The notes: generated from the letters alone by a model not told the origin. A stretch of DNA of 64,000 nucleotides from Nitrososphaerota archaeon (GCA_028867755.1 JAGWFT010000002.1:64001-128000); one strand, 5' to 3'; numbered from the stretch's first letter, positions 1-10,338 are shown. Program-made: numbers and translations.

Positions 1-1472
1 TCAACGTCAAGAAATGCAGAAGGCTCATCAAGTGCATACAAATCAACTTTTTGCAGTAAGCATGTGGCAATAGCTACTTTTTGAAGTTCACCTCCTGACA
101 AATTTTTAACTGATTTATTGTAGAGTTTTTTTATTTTCATAGGATGAGTAATTAATTCCTCTTCTGTAGTTCCATCAATTGCACCATTGTTTGCTTTTTC
201 TAATAGAGAAATAACATCAACATCATAATCGTTTGAAAGATATTGTGGCTTGTATGCTATCTTGATTTTCGTGTCTATCGTTCCAGAATCAGGTTTCTCA
301 ACACCTGCTATCATTTTCATCATAGTTGTTTTTCCCAATGCATTTGCACCAACTATTCCTAGCACTTCACTTTTTCGTACTCTTCCTACATCAATTGTTA
401 AAGAAAAATTAGAAAATTTCTTCTCTAACGTGGGATATTCTATAATATTTTCACTCATGACAAATTCATCTGTTGATGTTGATGCATCAAATCTAAATGC
501 CGAGTCTCTAAATCTTACATTCTCGTTGGGCAAATAACCGTCCAAAAACACATTTATCCCAACTTTTGTTGAAAGCAAATTTGCAACTACACCATATGCT
601 GCAGGCTCTCCATAGATAATCTCAATAAAATCACTTAGATAATCAAGCAAGGTGAGATCATGCTCAACTACCATAACGCTTTTTCCAATCTTTGCAAGAT
701 TCTGGATAACGCGCGCAACCCCCATTCTCTGAAAAACATCATTATAAGAAGATGGTTCATCAAAAAAGTAAAAATCAGACTCTCTTGAAGCTGTTACCGC
801 TACTGCAATTCTCTGCAACTCGCCTCCGCTCAAATCCGAGATCTTGGTATCTAGTGAGTTTTGCAAACCAAGTTCTTGTACCAATTCATTGATCTTATTT
901 CGCTCATCATATTTTTCAAGTAATTCTTTTGCAGTTCCATCAAAGACCTTGGAAAGATTATACACCTGCTGTGGTTTTATGGATGCCTTCAAATCTTTAT
1001 TTGCAATTTTCTCGAAATGTACTTTTAATTCTGTACCGTGATAATGTTTCAAAATCTCACTCCATTCTGGTGGAGATGAATAATTACCCAAATTTGGTTT
1101 AAGATTTCCAGATAAAATGCCAACCACTGTGCTTTTTCCTATACCATTTCTTCCAAGCAAACCCATCACCTGACCTTTCTTTAAGGAGGGAATTCGATAC
1201 AATCTGAACGAGTTTATTCCATATTGATGAATTTTATCCGATTTTAGCTCTTCTGCAAGATTGACAATTGTTATTGCATCAAAGGGACAAACTTTTACGC
1301 AAATTCCACATCCATTGCAAAGATTTTCATCTATCTGGGCCTTTCCGATCTCCTGATTCATTATTATGCAGTCTGCACCTGATTTGTTCACGGGACAATA
1401 CTTGATACATTCAAGTCCACATTTCTTTGGTTGACAGATTTCTTTGTCAAGGACCGCCACTCGATGAGTCAT
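1..1472 (-). CDS. rli: ABCE1/RLI ribosome recycling ATPase (runs off the window start)
   Basis: Manual translation from ATG at 1472 gives MTHRVAVLDKEICQPKKCGLECIKYCPVNKSGADC, a second FeS motif CNGCGICVKVCP, Walker A GRNGIGKST and signature LSGGELQR. Confidence 0.96.
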   Translation of the reverse strand, partial: MTHRVAVLDKEICQPKKCGLECIKYCPVNKSGADCIIMNQEIGKAQIDENLCNGCGICVKVCPFDAITIVNLAEELKSDKIHQYGINSFRLYRIPSLKKGQVMGLLGRNGIGKSTVVGILSGNLKPNLGNYSSPPEWSEILKHYHGTELKVHFEKIANKDLKASIKPQQVYNLSKVFDGTAKELLEKYDERNKINELVQELGLQNSLDTKISDLSGGELQRIAVAVTASRESDFYFFDEPSSYNDVFQRMGVARVIQNLAKIGKSVMVVEHDLTLLDYLSDFIEIIYGEPAAYGVVANLLSTKVGINVFLDGYLPNENVRFRDSAFRFDASTSTDEFVMSENIIEYPTLEKKFSNFSLTIDVGRVRKSEVLGIVGANALGKTTMMKMIAGVEKPDSGTIDTKIKIAYKPQYLSNDYDVDVISLLEKANNGAIDGTTEEELITHPMKIKKLYNKSVKNLSGGELQKVAIATCLLQKVDLYALDEPSAFLDV

Positions 1473-1548
1473 GGCTAATCACGACATCCTTAATTTATAT
1501 CTCTATCAAGCAAGATTAATACAGAACATTATTAATCACACTGATCAA

Positions 1549-1661
1549 GCCGGCCATAGCGTTGGGGTCCGACCCGGTCCCATTCCGAACCCGGAAGTCA
1601 AACCCAATGTCGCTACTGTGTTACTAAGGTGCGAGAGCCCTTGGGAAGCAGTAGTGCTGGC
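1549..1661 (+). rRNA. rrf: 5S rRNA (unlinked from 16S/23S); ends approximate
   Basis: Contains CCCGGTCCCATTCCGAACCCGGAAGTCAA, the conserved 5S loop C region. Terminal helix GCCGGC/GCTGGC, followed by a T-tract. Confidence 0.93.
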
Positions 1662-1668
1662 GCCTTTT

Positions 1669-1926
1669 CTATTCTAGAGCAACAGAATTGGGAGAGCCCT
1701 TCCATACTGTCTGCGTTGCAATATTTTTCTCAACCCCTCTTTTCTGAGCATCATCAGGAAAGCTTTCTACATACTCTGATATTAGAGCCCTTATCGTTTG
1801 TTCGATGTCTACCACTGAACCTATGTCAGTAAAGAGATATGGTATTTCACTACAATCTACTACGTATCCATTGGCGTTAGGAGTTATGGTAAAAGTCAGT
1901 TTAGGTAATTTTTGAATCCTTACCAT
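1669..1926 (-). CDS. HicB-like antitoxin-fold small protein
   Basis: Pattern GYVVDCSEIPYLFT-x-G-x(4)-IEQTIRALISEYVE resembles the HicB N-terminal RNase H-like fold. Confidence 0.5.
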   Translation of the reverse strand: MVRIQKLPKLTFTITPNANGYVVDCSEIPYLFTDIGSVVDIEQTIRALISEYVESFPDDAQKRGVEKNIATQTVWKGSPNSVALE

Positions 1927-1977
1927 ACATTCTATATTGCAACAAAGCCTAAAAAGATCTTCTTATTTGTTAGATCT

Positions 1978-2106
1978 ATGAATAACTGTGCAGTTTGCGG
2001 TGAGAAATTCACGGATGATATAAGATTCTTAAACCATATGATGGAAAAACACGGATTTAGGAATCCAAACGTAGGTACTCCAGATAGAAATAGCAGGGGA
2101 TACTAA
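1978..2106 (+). CDS. 42-aa single C2H2 zinc-finger protein
   Basis: MNNCAVCGEKFTDDIRFLNHMMEKH is C-x2-C-x12-H-x4-H with the conserved F and L. ATG at 1978. Confidence 0.7.
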   Translation: MNNCAVCGEKFTDDIRFLNHMMEKHGFRNPNVGTPDRNSRGY

Positions 2107-2136
2107 TTCCACCATGTCTTGTTCTTGCTTGAAAAG

Positions 2137-2523
2137 CTACCCTAGTGGTATCTTCTGACTATTTGAGAGAAGAGTTCTTACTCTCATAAAAAATGCCTTT
2201 GTAGTCTTACAATCATCTCCATATATCAAAGGCATATCTTTCAAAGGTGTTTTTCTAGATCTTCTCTTCAGGATGGCAAAAATCAGCGGTAAAATTCCTG
2301 CTCTCCCGCCATATGCTATTTTATCTGTTACAAACCAAAACATTCTAGTTGCATCATAATCTTTTGGAAAGATCTCTGACTTGATTTCTTTACCACTTTC
2401 AGTATTATGACCTACAATTAGGATATTTTTTCCCGCAAGAGACTTTACAATACTAGCGAACTTTGAACAATGATAACAACTATCATCGTAAATCAATAAT
2501 GGCAGAAGATCCCTAACATTCAT
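2137..2523 (-). CDS. DCC1-like thiol-disulfide oxidoreductase family protein (DUF393)
   Basis: N-terminal LIYDDSCYHC (DxxCxxC) motif. Confidence 0.75.
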   Translation of the reverse strand: MNVRDLLPLLIYDDSCYHCSKFASIVKSLAGKNILIVGHNTESGKEIKSEIFPKDYDATRMFWFVTDKIAYGGRAGILPLIFAILKRRSRKTPLKDMPLIYGDDCKTTKAFFMRVRTLLSNSQKIPLG

Positions 2524-2649
2524 GTCTTTAATTGGCTTGTTTCAGATTAAAATTTTGTGAAATAACTTTTTATTGGCTCCAAATGCGCTAAAATTCATGA
2601 GTTTGAGCTCACAGAATGATTATCTAGAAACTCAAATTTTAGAACGGAT

Positions 2650-4317
2650 ATGGGCCTAAATTACTATTATATTTTCAAAAGAGTACGAGAAGCCAGAAAA
2701 CTTGTCATTAAAGGTACAACAGCTGCTGGTTCTGGCCATCCGGGAGGATCATTCTCTATGGCTGAGATTATGGGTTGTATGTACTACAAATTTCTCCGTC
2801 ACGATCCAAAAAATCCCCTTTGGCAAGATAGGGATAGATTAGTTCTATCAAAAGGCCATGCATCTCCTGGGTTGTTTTCTAATTTGGCAATTGCAGGCTA
2901 TTTTGATAAATCCGAAATCGAAACTTTGCGAAAATTTGGAAGCAGATTGCAAGGCCATCCAGACTTCAAATGCCCGGGGGTTGAATTCTGTGGAGGCTCA
3001 CTTGGTCTAGGGTTATCGTTTTCAATTGGTATGGCTCTTGCAGCAAGAATAGATGGCAAAAATCATCATATTTACACTATAATTGGAGATGGTGAATCTG
3101 ATGAGGGACAAGTCTGGGAGGCAGCTATGGCAGGATCAAAATTTAGACTTGATAACCTGACTGTCTTCTTAGACAGGAATTTCATCCAACAAGATGATTA
3201 TACTGAACGAGTTATGCCTCTTGATGAAGAGTTAATCGGTGATGACATTTCAGAAATGTGGAAAAATGCAGCAAGGTGGAAAGTAGGCGATAAATGGAGA
3301 TCATTTGGATGGAATGTTCTAGAAATTGATGGACATCGCATAGAGCAGATTGTAAAGGCAATAAACTCTGCATTGCAAACTAGAGGTACGCCATCAATAA
3401 TTGTAGCACGTACTATTAAGGGAAAATCCGTTGAACACATGGAAGATAACCCAAAATGGCATGGAGTTGCACCAAACCCAAAAATCTCGCCGATTATAGA
3501 ACTTGAACTTGACTGCCAATCTCTTATCGCGCCATCTATTATTGCAGGGGATATGACTAATTTAGAAAATGAAGTAAAGAGGGCCACTCATGGTAGATCT
3601 GATTTTATACATCTTGACGTAATGGACGGTCAGTTTGTTCCAAACAAAACATTTGATCACGAAAAAATAAAACAACTAAGACCTATCACTCATACCCCAT
3701 TTGATACTCATCTCATGATAAATGAACCCGTAAAACATGTTAGAGACTATGCTACTGCTGGTAGTGACATTATTACAGTACATGCAGAAGTTTGTGATGC
3801 ATCAAGCTTTGGAGAAATTCATGATATTCTACGATCAAATGAGATAGGTCTTGGCTTGGCAATCAATCCTGAAACTGAACTGCCACCTTGGGCTGAAAAA
3901 TTCATTCCAGATTTAGACCAGCTAATAATAATGTCAGTTGTTCCTGGAAAATCAGGCCAGAAATACATTGAATCAACTCACGAAAAAACCCAAAGAATAT
4001 CAAAATTCCTTGCAGAAAGAAACTTTCAAGGCCTAATTGAAGCAGACGGAGGAGTAGATTTGTCCAATATCGAGTCGTGTTTCTTAGATGGTGCTAGGGT
4101 ATTTGTTGGAGGTAGTGCTATAATAGGTCAAAAAGACGTACGTCTGACCATAACAGAATTTAGAAAACGTTTGATGCATGCAAGAAGAAAACTCTTGATA
4201 AACAAAGCACATAGTCTTGGTGGATCTGAGCTTGTGACCCAATGGATAGATCTTCATGAAGTGGGAAAGAAGAAAACCGATCTTCTTCAGATTGCAAAGG
4301 AGGCTGGTTTTGTATGA
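2650..4317 (+). CDS. Transketolase N-terminal subunit fused to ribulose-phosphate 3-epimerase
   Basis: GHPGGS, LSKGHA and GDGE-x-EGQVWE TPP-binding motifs, followed by IAPSII, IHLDVMDGQFVPN, DTHLMI and EADGGV Rpe motifs. Confidence 0.93.
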   Translation: MGLNYYYIFKRVREARKLVIKGTTAAGSGHPGGSFSMAEIMGCMYYKFLRHDPKNPLWQDRDRLVLSKGHASPGLFSNLAIAGYFDKSEIETLRKFGSRLQGHPDFKCPGVEFCGGSLGLGLSFSIGMALAARIDGKNHHIYTIIGDGESDEGQVWEAAMAGSKFRLDNLTVFLDRNFIQQDDYTERVMPLDEELIGDDISEMWKNAARWKVGDKWRSFGWNVLEIDGHRIEQIVKAINSALQTRGTPSIIVARTIKGKSVEHMEDNPKWHGVAPNPKISPIIELELDCQSLIAPSIIAGDMTNLENEVKRATHGRSDFIHLDVMDGQFVPNKTFDHEKIKQLRPITHTPFDTHLMINEPVKHVRDYATAGSDIITVHAEVCDASSFGEIHDILRSNEIGLGLAINPETELPPWAEKFIPDLDQLIIMSVVPGKSGQKYIESTHEKTQRISKFLAERNFQGLIEADGGVDLSNIESCFLDGARVFVGGSAIIGQKDVRLTITEFRKRLMHARRKLLINKAHSLGGSELVTQWIDLHEVGKKKTDLLQIAKEAGFV

Positions 4318-5282
4318 CTGAATTTGCAGATATGAGAACAGTTTATGGAGACACTTTGATCAAAATAGGAGAAGAGAATCCAAATGTGGTTGTAGTAGGA
4401 GCTGACACTACTGATTCGCTTAAAACAAAACCATTTGGTAAAAAATTTCCAAATAGATTTTTTAATGTAGGAATTGCAGAGGGTAATCTAATAACCATAG
4501 CAGCAGGACTTGCCAACGAAGGCAAAACTCCTTTTGTTAGCACCTATGCTGCTTTCCTACCTGGCAGATGCGTCGACCAGATAAGAAATGTAATTGCGTA
4601 TCCTACTAGAAATGGGAAAAATGGACTAAATGTAAAGATGGTTGTTTCCCATGGTGGGCTAAGTGTAGGTGCTGATGGTGGGTCGCATCAACAAATTGAA
4701 GATATTGCAGTAATGCGAGCTATTCCTAACATCAAGGTTTTAATTCCAGCAGACACAATTGCCGTAGAGAAACTCATAAAACTAATTTCACAACTGTATG
4801 GGCCATTTTACATGAGAATGACACGATCAAAAACTCCAATCATACATTCACAAGAACAAGAATTTCAATTAGGTAAAGGAATAATATTACGAGATGGTTC
4901 TGATTGCACTATTGCAGCATGTGGAATCACAGTGAAAATGGCTCTTGATGCTGCTGATGCATTAAAACAGGAAGGAATTTCATGCAGAGTAATAGACATG
5001 TTCTCAATAAAGCCAATAGATTCTGATCTTTTAGAAAAATCTGCACGTGAGACAGGCGGTATTGTTACATGTGAAGAGCACAATATTATGGCAGGTTTTG
5101 GTTCTGCAGTGTCTGAGGTTGTTTCTGAGAAATACCCAGTGCCAATAAGACGAATAGGTGTAAGAGACCAATTTGGTGAATCTGCTAGAGATGGTGAAAT
5201 TTCACTACTGTTAGAAAAACATGGTATGACATCAATTCATATATCTAATGCTGTTAAGGATATCAGGAGTAAGAAACAATGA
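4314..5282 (+). CDS. Transketolase C-terminal subunit
   Basis: FFNVGIAEGN and SHGGLSVGADGGSHQQIED motifs; overlaps the upstream stop (ATGA). Confidence 0.94.
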   Translation: MTEFADMRTVYGDTLIKIGEENPNVVVVGADTTDSLKTKPFGKKFPNRFFNVGIAEGNLITIAAGLANEGKTPFVSTYAAFLPGRCVDQIRNVIAYPTRNGKNGLNVKMVVSHGGLSVGADGGSHQQIEDIAVMRAIPNIKVLIPADTIAVEKLIKLISQLYGPFYMRMTRSKTPIIHSQEQEFQLGKGIILRDGSDCTIAACGITVKMALDAADALKQEGISCRVIDMFSIKPIDSDLLEKSARETGGIVTCEEHNIMAGFGSAVSEVVSEKYPVPIRRIGVRDQFGESARDGEISLLLEKHGMTSIHISNAVKDIRSKKQ

Positions 5283-5944
5283 AAATATTCCTTGATACTG
5301 CAAATCTTGCTTCGATAAAAATGTACAATGACATGGGTCTTGTAGACGGAATTACAACCAATCCATCACTTTTGGCAAAAGAGGGTGGAGATCCACAAAA
5401 AACAATGGCAGAAATTGTTCAAATTGTGAAAGGGGATGTTAGTCTAGAAGTAGTTAGTACCGAAACTTCAGGAATGATAGAGGAAGGAAAACGACTTCAA
5501 AAATATGGTAATAATGTTGTGGTAAAATGTCCACTGACTGCAGAAGGACTCAAAGCATGCAAAAGTCTGACATCTGAAGGAATACCTGTTAATGTAACCC
5601 TTTGTTTTTCAGTAAATCAAGCACTATTGGCAGCAAAGGCAGGTGCAAAATACATCAGTCCATTCATTGGTAGATTAGATGATAATGGACAGGATGGAAT
5701 TCACTTGATTAAAGAAATTCATGAAGTGTTTCAAAATTATAAATTCAATACACAAATTCTAGTTGCAAGCGTAAGACATCCTATGCATGTAGTAGAGGCA
5801 GCAAAGATTGGAGCAGATGTAGTAACATTACCCCCTGATGTACTAGGAAAAATGTTAAAACATCCACTAACTGATATAGGACTCAAGAATTTCCTTGCAG
5901 ACTGGGAAAAACTCAAGAAAGAAAATCCGAGTATTAGAATTTAA
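5279..5944 (+). CDS. tal: Transaldolase (fructose-6-phosphate aldolase family)
   Basis: MKIFLDTAN, GITTNPSL, VVVKCP (Schiff-base Lys), NVTLCFS and YISPFIGRLDD. Confidence 0.95.
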   Translation: MKIFLDTANLASIKMYNDMGLVDGITTNPSLLAKEGGDPQKTMAEIVQIVKGDVSLEVVSTETSGMIEEGKRLQKYGNNVVVKCPLTAEGLKACKSLTSEGIPVNVTLCFSVNQALLAAKAGAKYISPFIGRLDDNGQDGIHLIKEIHEVFQNYKFNTQILVASVRHPMHVVEAAKIGADVVTLPPDVLGKMLKHPLTDIGLKNFLADWEKLKKENPSIRI

Positions 5945-5961
5945 CAAAGACTAAACAACTG

Positions 5962-6417
5962 TTAATGTTTTCCAATCCATTGATATCTGTATTCTTCATC
6001 AAATAACTCTGATTTGATGTCATTATTGTTTATCTTAGCGTCTAATTTGGCCTCAAAAAATCCCAGACTTCCTTTGTATGGAATTGGTATTCTTAGCTCT
6101 TTTGGGTTCTTCAATAGAAATCCATACTTGTGATCAAGAAGTTCTTTACTTGCAAAGTGTTTACTATGATCAGATTTTATTTCCTTAAGAGTTCTGTACA
6201 TCTTAACATCGTAGAGTTCTACCCTGCCTATTATCACTCCAGTTCTAAGATTTGATTCATCAATTCCTAGCCTTCTGCACGCCTCGGTTTTTACTCTAAG
6301 TGGGGCATGAACAAGAAATTCTCCTCTGAATCTAGTATTCCATGTTCTCAACTCAATCGTTTTCTTACCTTGAATTATAAGATCAGCATACGGTTGAGAG
6401 ACCGACAAGCATTTCAT
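5962..6417 (-). CDS. ASCH domain protein
   Basis: MKCLSVSQPYADLIIQGKKTIELR (GxKxxExR) is the ASCH signature. Confidence 0.9.
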   Translation of the reverse strand: MKCLSVSQPYADLIIQGKKTIELRTWNTRFRGEFLVHAPLRVKTEACRRLGIDESNLRTGVIIGRVELYDVKMYRTLKEIKSDHSKHFASKELLDHKYGFLLKNPKELRIPIPYKGSLGFFEAKLDAKINNNDIKSELFDEEYRYQWIGKH

Positions 6418-6418
6418 G

Positions 6419-7987
6419 TTAGTCTGTTCCTAACACGTTTAAGACTCGTTTTGGAATCTCATTTAATCTACTTACCGCAAGAGTTCGCTCGTAACCCAGC
6501 CTTCTCAAGTTATTTGCTATTGTAATCGAATACCCAGTATCAAGACCAACACCTATTGCGACCATCTTTGTGCCTAGCATCTTAAAATCCCTCATTACTG
6601 ATCTTACCGCGTCTGGGTCTGACGGCTCTCCATCAGTTAGTGTAAGAAAGATGTCGGGTTTTTTCGAACGTATAGTGGGAAGTAAAAGGTTGTAAACTTC
6701 AGCTAATGGAGTACTACCATTTGCCTTTATCTGTGCAAGACGCTTTGCAGATACGTTATTCCATTGCAAGTTTTCAGGTTTTATCAGCCAACATGTAACT
6801 TGTTTTTGTTCTGTGTTAAATGCATAAACAGAAAATTGCACTTTTAAAAAATTTAAAACTTCACAAAGAGCCAATGTTGCCTTTTTGTATTGAGTCTCCT
6901 GCTCAGCTATGCTAGAAGAATGATCAAGAAGTATGAATATTCTAGTCTTAATTGCTATTTTTTTATCTGTCATGAATGGTTTATGGCCTTCCATGTATGT
7001 TTCTTGATCAAATTCGTCACCAGTAACTACATGTTGTTCTTTCCAGCCTGATTTCCATTCCTTGAATTTGACTTTGAGATTATTAATCAAATCAGTATCA
7101 TAGATCTTGGTTTCATCTACATTTGTTAAAACTGGAACACTAATTCCTGCTACTTCTGTTGTTAGACCTTTATTTTGATTCTTTTTTGTCTCTTCAAGTA
7201 AAACTTTGAATTCATCAAATACTTGTTTTCCATCTGAAATTTTTGTTGGATCTAGTTCTCCAAAGTCGCTTTCTCGGTATTTTGCAATTTTGTTCAGTGT
7301 TTTCATAAATTCTTGTTCAGTCATGGCAATTCCTGAAGAAATTTTTGGCATAGAAATAGGAATGGTCAGAAGTGGATCAATCTCTAGAACCCTAATAATG
7401 TCTGAAACTTTCTTTTCAAGCCAATCTGTGCCATATTTTTTTTCTACTGCCTCGCATACAGACTCGCTGGCTATCTTGGCTGCTTTTTGGATCTTTTCAA
7501 ATGAGCTTGGGGGAATCTCTCCTTTTATGTCTCCAAGCAGAAAATATTGTGTAAATCCCTCAACAATTCTGTTATGGCCGTACAAAGAATTGAGTAGTGG
7601 CCTATACAACCACGCAAATCCATAACTGAATATTATTTCCTCATCCATTCCTTGCCAATATTTCCTGCCTATGGATTCTATCCTTCTTGTCTCCAGTGTA
7701 TTTAGTATAAATCCAAATGCATGATCGTTACTTAGAATCTTGCTAGAGTGCCTTATTCTCATCGATTCATACCAAAGGGCAGTTCTAAGTTGCCTATATT
7801 TTTGAAAATCTGTGCCTTGGTACCTGTCTAGTGGAAACATTGTAACCTTGTTTTCACGTAGTTTTGTTTGAATCTCTTTTTGGTCTTTAATGCTTAAAGT
7901 AACCTGCTCTTTTCCAGACCATCGTCGAACTAGAAACGTACCTATTTCAAGTAATGTATCATTTCTTAGTTGTAATGAATGCATCAA
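6419..7987 (-). CDS. vWA domain protein (CbbO/NorD-like partner of a MoxR ATPase)
   Basis: C-terminal MIDAS motif LLDHSSS...GSTP...LTDGEP; lies downstream of the AAA ATPase. Confidence 0.85.
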   Translation of the reverse strand: MMHSLQLRNDTLLEIGTFLVRRWSGKEQVTLSIKDQKEIQTKLRENKVTMFPLDRYQGTDFQKYRQLRTALWYESMRIRHSSKILSNDHAFGFILNTLETRRIESIGRKYWQGMDEEIIFSYGFAWLYRPLLNSLYGHNRIVEGFTQYFLLGDIKGEIPPSSFEKIQKAAKIASESVCEAVEKKYGTDWLEKKVSDIIRVLEIDPLLTIPISMPKISSGIAMTEQEFMKTLNKIAKYRESDFGELDPTKISDGKQVFDEFKVLLEETKKNQNKGLTTEVAGISVPVLTNVDETKIYDTDLINNLKVKFKEWKSGWKEQHVVTGDEFDQETYMEGHKPFMTDKKIAIKTRIFILLDHSSSIAEQETQYKKATLALCEVLNFLKVQFSVYAFNTEQKQVTCWLIKPENLQWNNVSAKRLAQIKANGSTPLAEVYNLLLPTIRSKKPDIFLTLTDGEPSDPDAVRSVMRDFKMLGTKMVAIGVGLDTGYSITIANNLRRLGYERTLAVSRLNEIPKRVLNVLGTD

Positions 7988-8781
7988 TTCCCAAACATCG
8001 ATGTTATGATATCGTTTACCTTTTGATATTCAACATTGCCCCACTGGGCATACACGTTTGCAAATACAATATCTGCAGCTTGCCTTGGCTTTATGCCAGA
8101 ATCAAGTATCTTACCAAATGCTATGGTCTCACGTAAGCTGGGAGAATAGTAAAGCTCTTCAACTGCAGCTGCTTGTCGCAAAGTACTTGCAAGTCTGATT
8201 CCTTGAATGATATCATTCTCGTGAGCACCAGTTACGTGTTTTTTTACTATTTGCAACTCTATCTCTTCTGGTGGATAATCTAGCCTGATCCTTACTGGAA
8301 ATCTGCTGAGTAATTGAGGTGGAAGCTCTTTGGTACCAACATGTGATAATGGGTTTATAGTTGCAACTACAAACCATCCTTTTGCAGCTTCAATTAGCTC
8401 ACCACCAGCTTCTTTGAGAACTATCTGCCTTCTGTCGTCTAATGCTTCGTCTAATCTAAGTAAAACATCTGCTTCGGCTGAGTTTATTTCATCAAGATAA
8501 AGCATGTCGCCTTCCTTCATGGATTTTACTAGTATCCCCTCCTCAAAACCTACTGTTCCGCTCTCTAGAGTTTTTGAGCCTACCAGATGACTTTCACGAG
8601 TTCTCAAACTGAAATTAATTGATTCGAGTTTCATTCCCTTTCTTGCAGCAAATTCTCTCACAAGAGTAGTTTTGCCAGTTCCCTTTGGACCTATTATGAT
8701 AGCAAACAAACCTGATGCATATGCTTTATCCAAAACTTCAAAGGAATTATTCCAATCTATGTATAATGATTCTGCTAGCAC
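7984..8781 (-). CDS. MoxR/CbbQ-family AAA+ ATPase
   Basis: Walker A GPKGTGKT, Walker B LYLDEIN, sensor ATINP, and LLSRF. Confidence 0.92.
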   Translation of the reverse strand: MLAESLYIDWNNSFEVLDKAYASGLFAIIIGPKGTGKTTLVREFAARKGMKLESINFSLRTRESHLVGSKTLESGTVGFEEGILVKSMKEGDMLYLDEINSAEADVLLRLDEALDDRRQIVLKEAGGELIEAAKGWFVVATINPLSHVGTKELPPQLLSRFPVRIRLDYPPEEIELQIVKKHVTGAHENDIIQGIRLASTLRQAAAVEELYYSPSLRETIAFGKILDSGIKPRQAADIVFANVYAQWGNVEYQKVNDIITSMFGN

Positions 8782-8834
8782 GTTAATTAGCGGTTTTTTC
8801 CTTAATTTAAGACTGTCTTAAATTATTGATATTC

Positions 8835-10295
8835 TTAACTATTTTCAAGTCTTGCATAAGACTCGTCTAGGACTTTATGAAGTGTCTTATGCCATGTGTC
8901 GTATCCATCAGGTGTCTTGGGGAAATTATAGTAATGCTCTGTCAATATCTTATTTTGTTGTGCAGTGAATCTTAATCCGTCTGCTAACTTTTTGTTCAAA
9001 GCACCTCTGATCATCATTCCGAGTTTTCCAACTGTTCCAAAGTCAGGGTGTTCGCCCTTGCTGATTGCTTCAACATCTAACTTTGACAAAAAGTGTTTCA
9101 TGCCGTAGTTTATCTGCTCATTTGTCAGCGTTTGGAGTAATCTTCGGAAAATCTCCAATCCTGCAGTTTTGTAACCGTAATCGTTGATAAAATCTATGTT
9201 ATATTTCCATAATTCTCGCTCGCTAACATCTCCTGCCTCGATTGCTTCAACAGCATTCTTTCCAATTATTGTTGCAGCAACTATTGCAGGACCAATACCT
9301 CCAGCATCTAGTGGTTTTGGCATCCATGCAGAATCTCCTACCAACATGTATCCATTTGCAACCAAACAATCATTCTGTCTTCTTACTGAGACCTGCCAAT
9401 TTCCAGTTGCATTCATTGAATCGCTTGAATCATCTGATAATTTTGGATCCTTCATTGCTTTGTTGATCTTAACATAATCGTTTATCAATTTGGTAACGTC
9501 ATCACTCTTTCCTAATCTCTGATTTCTTTTCAGTAGTTCTTTTTGCTGTACACCTAGTCCTATGTTCACTTTGTTTTGACCCTTGGGAAAGACCCAACCA
9601 TATCCTCCAGGAGCAATGTCTTGATCTAGATGTATGATGCAATAATCTGGGTCAAAATCTGTTTTGTCATCTCCAACATGCTCAAATTTCATTATGTGTC
9701 TTCCTGTAGACTCTAGATCATCGCGGTCAATTTTTTTCTCAATTTTTGAATCTATAGCAAGCCCATTTCTCAGCATGGAGGTAACGCCTGTAGCGTCAAT
9801 TACTATTTTTGCAGTCTTCTTGAATGGTTCATTAGTGATAAGGTTAGTTCCTTCTACACCAACAACAGTGCCGTTTTCATATATCAGACCTCTTAATGCA
9901 ACAGAAAATTGCATGTTGATTCCCATCTTCTTAGAGTCGCTTAGTTGACGTCGAGGTAGTTGTTGTCTATTTAACATGAATCCATCCCCATCAAAAGGAA
10001 TGGAAGTTTCTCTATCTGGCGAAAAGGCCATCACACCTTTAACTGGGTGTTCAATCTCTGGGCTTCCCCAACTAATCTTTATCCGCTCTGTCATATAGTC
10101 AACTGTGTTTTTGCCAACAGCATCTCCACAAATCCAACCGTTTATCGTTTTTTTACCTACAGTTGGTTCTTGATTTCTATCAATGACAAGAATCGATAAT
10201 TTTTGTTTTGAATAGAACGCTGCTGATTGTGCTGAGATCATTCCAGCCAAACCTCCTCCCGCTACTATAATATCATAATCAGTTTTCACAGCCAA
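8835..10295 (-). CDS. Geranylgeranyl reductase family (digeranylgeranylglycerophospholipid reductase-like)
   Basis: FAD-binding GGGLAG, IDATG, PGGYGWVFPKG and LVGDSA...PLDAGGI. Confidence 0.88.
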   Translation of the reverse strand: MAVKTDYDIIVAGGGLAGMISAQSAAFYSKQKLSILVIDRNQEPTVGKKTINGWICGDAVGKNTVDYMTERIKISWGSPEIEHPVKGVMAFSPDRETSIPFDGDGFMLNRQQLPRRQLSDSKKMGINMQFSVALRGLIYENGTVVGVEGTNLITNEPFKKTAKIVIDATGVTSMLRNGLAIDSKIEKKIDRDDLESTGRHIMKFEHVGDDKTDFDPDYCIIHLDQDIAPGGYGWVFPKGQNKVNIGLGVQQKELLKRNQRLGKSDDVTKLINDYVKINKAMKDPKLSDDSSDSMNATGNWQVSVRRQNDCLVANGYMLVGDSAWMPKPLDAGGIGPAIVAATIIGKNAVEAIEAGDVSERELWKYNIDFINDYGYKTAGLEIFRRLLQTLTNEQINYGMKHFLSKLDVEAISKGEHPDFGTVGKLGMMIRGALNKKLADGLRFTAQQNKILTEHYYNFPKTPDGYDTWHKTLHKVLDESYARLENS

Positions 10296-10338
10296 AAAAC
10301 AGGATCTACTCTATTTAAAAGAACCGTATCTTCATAGA

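Noticed and set aside
1471-1832. ORF-track ORFs 1471-1677 and 1629-1832
   Set aside because: They overlap the 5S rRNA and the antisense HicB-like gene, so they are treated as shadow ORFs.
2597-2659. 20-codon upstream ORF overlapping the transketolase start
   Set aside because: Out of frame with tkt, with no regulatory codon pattern; probably chance.
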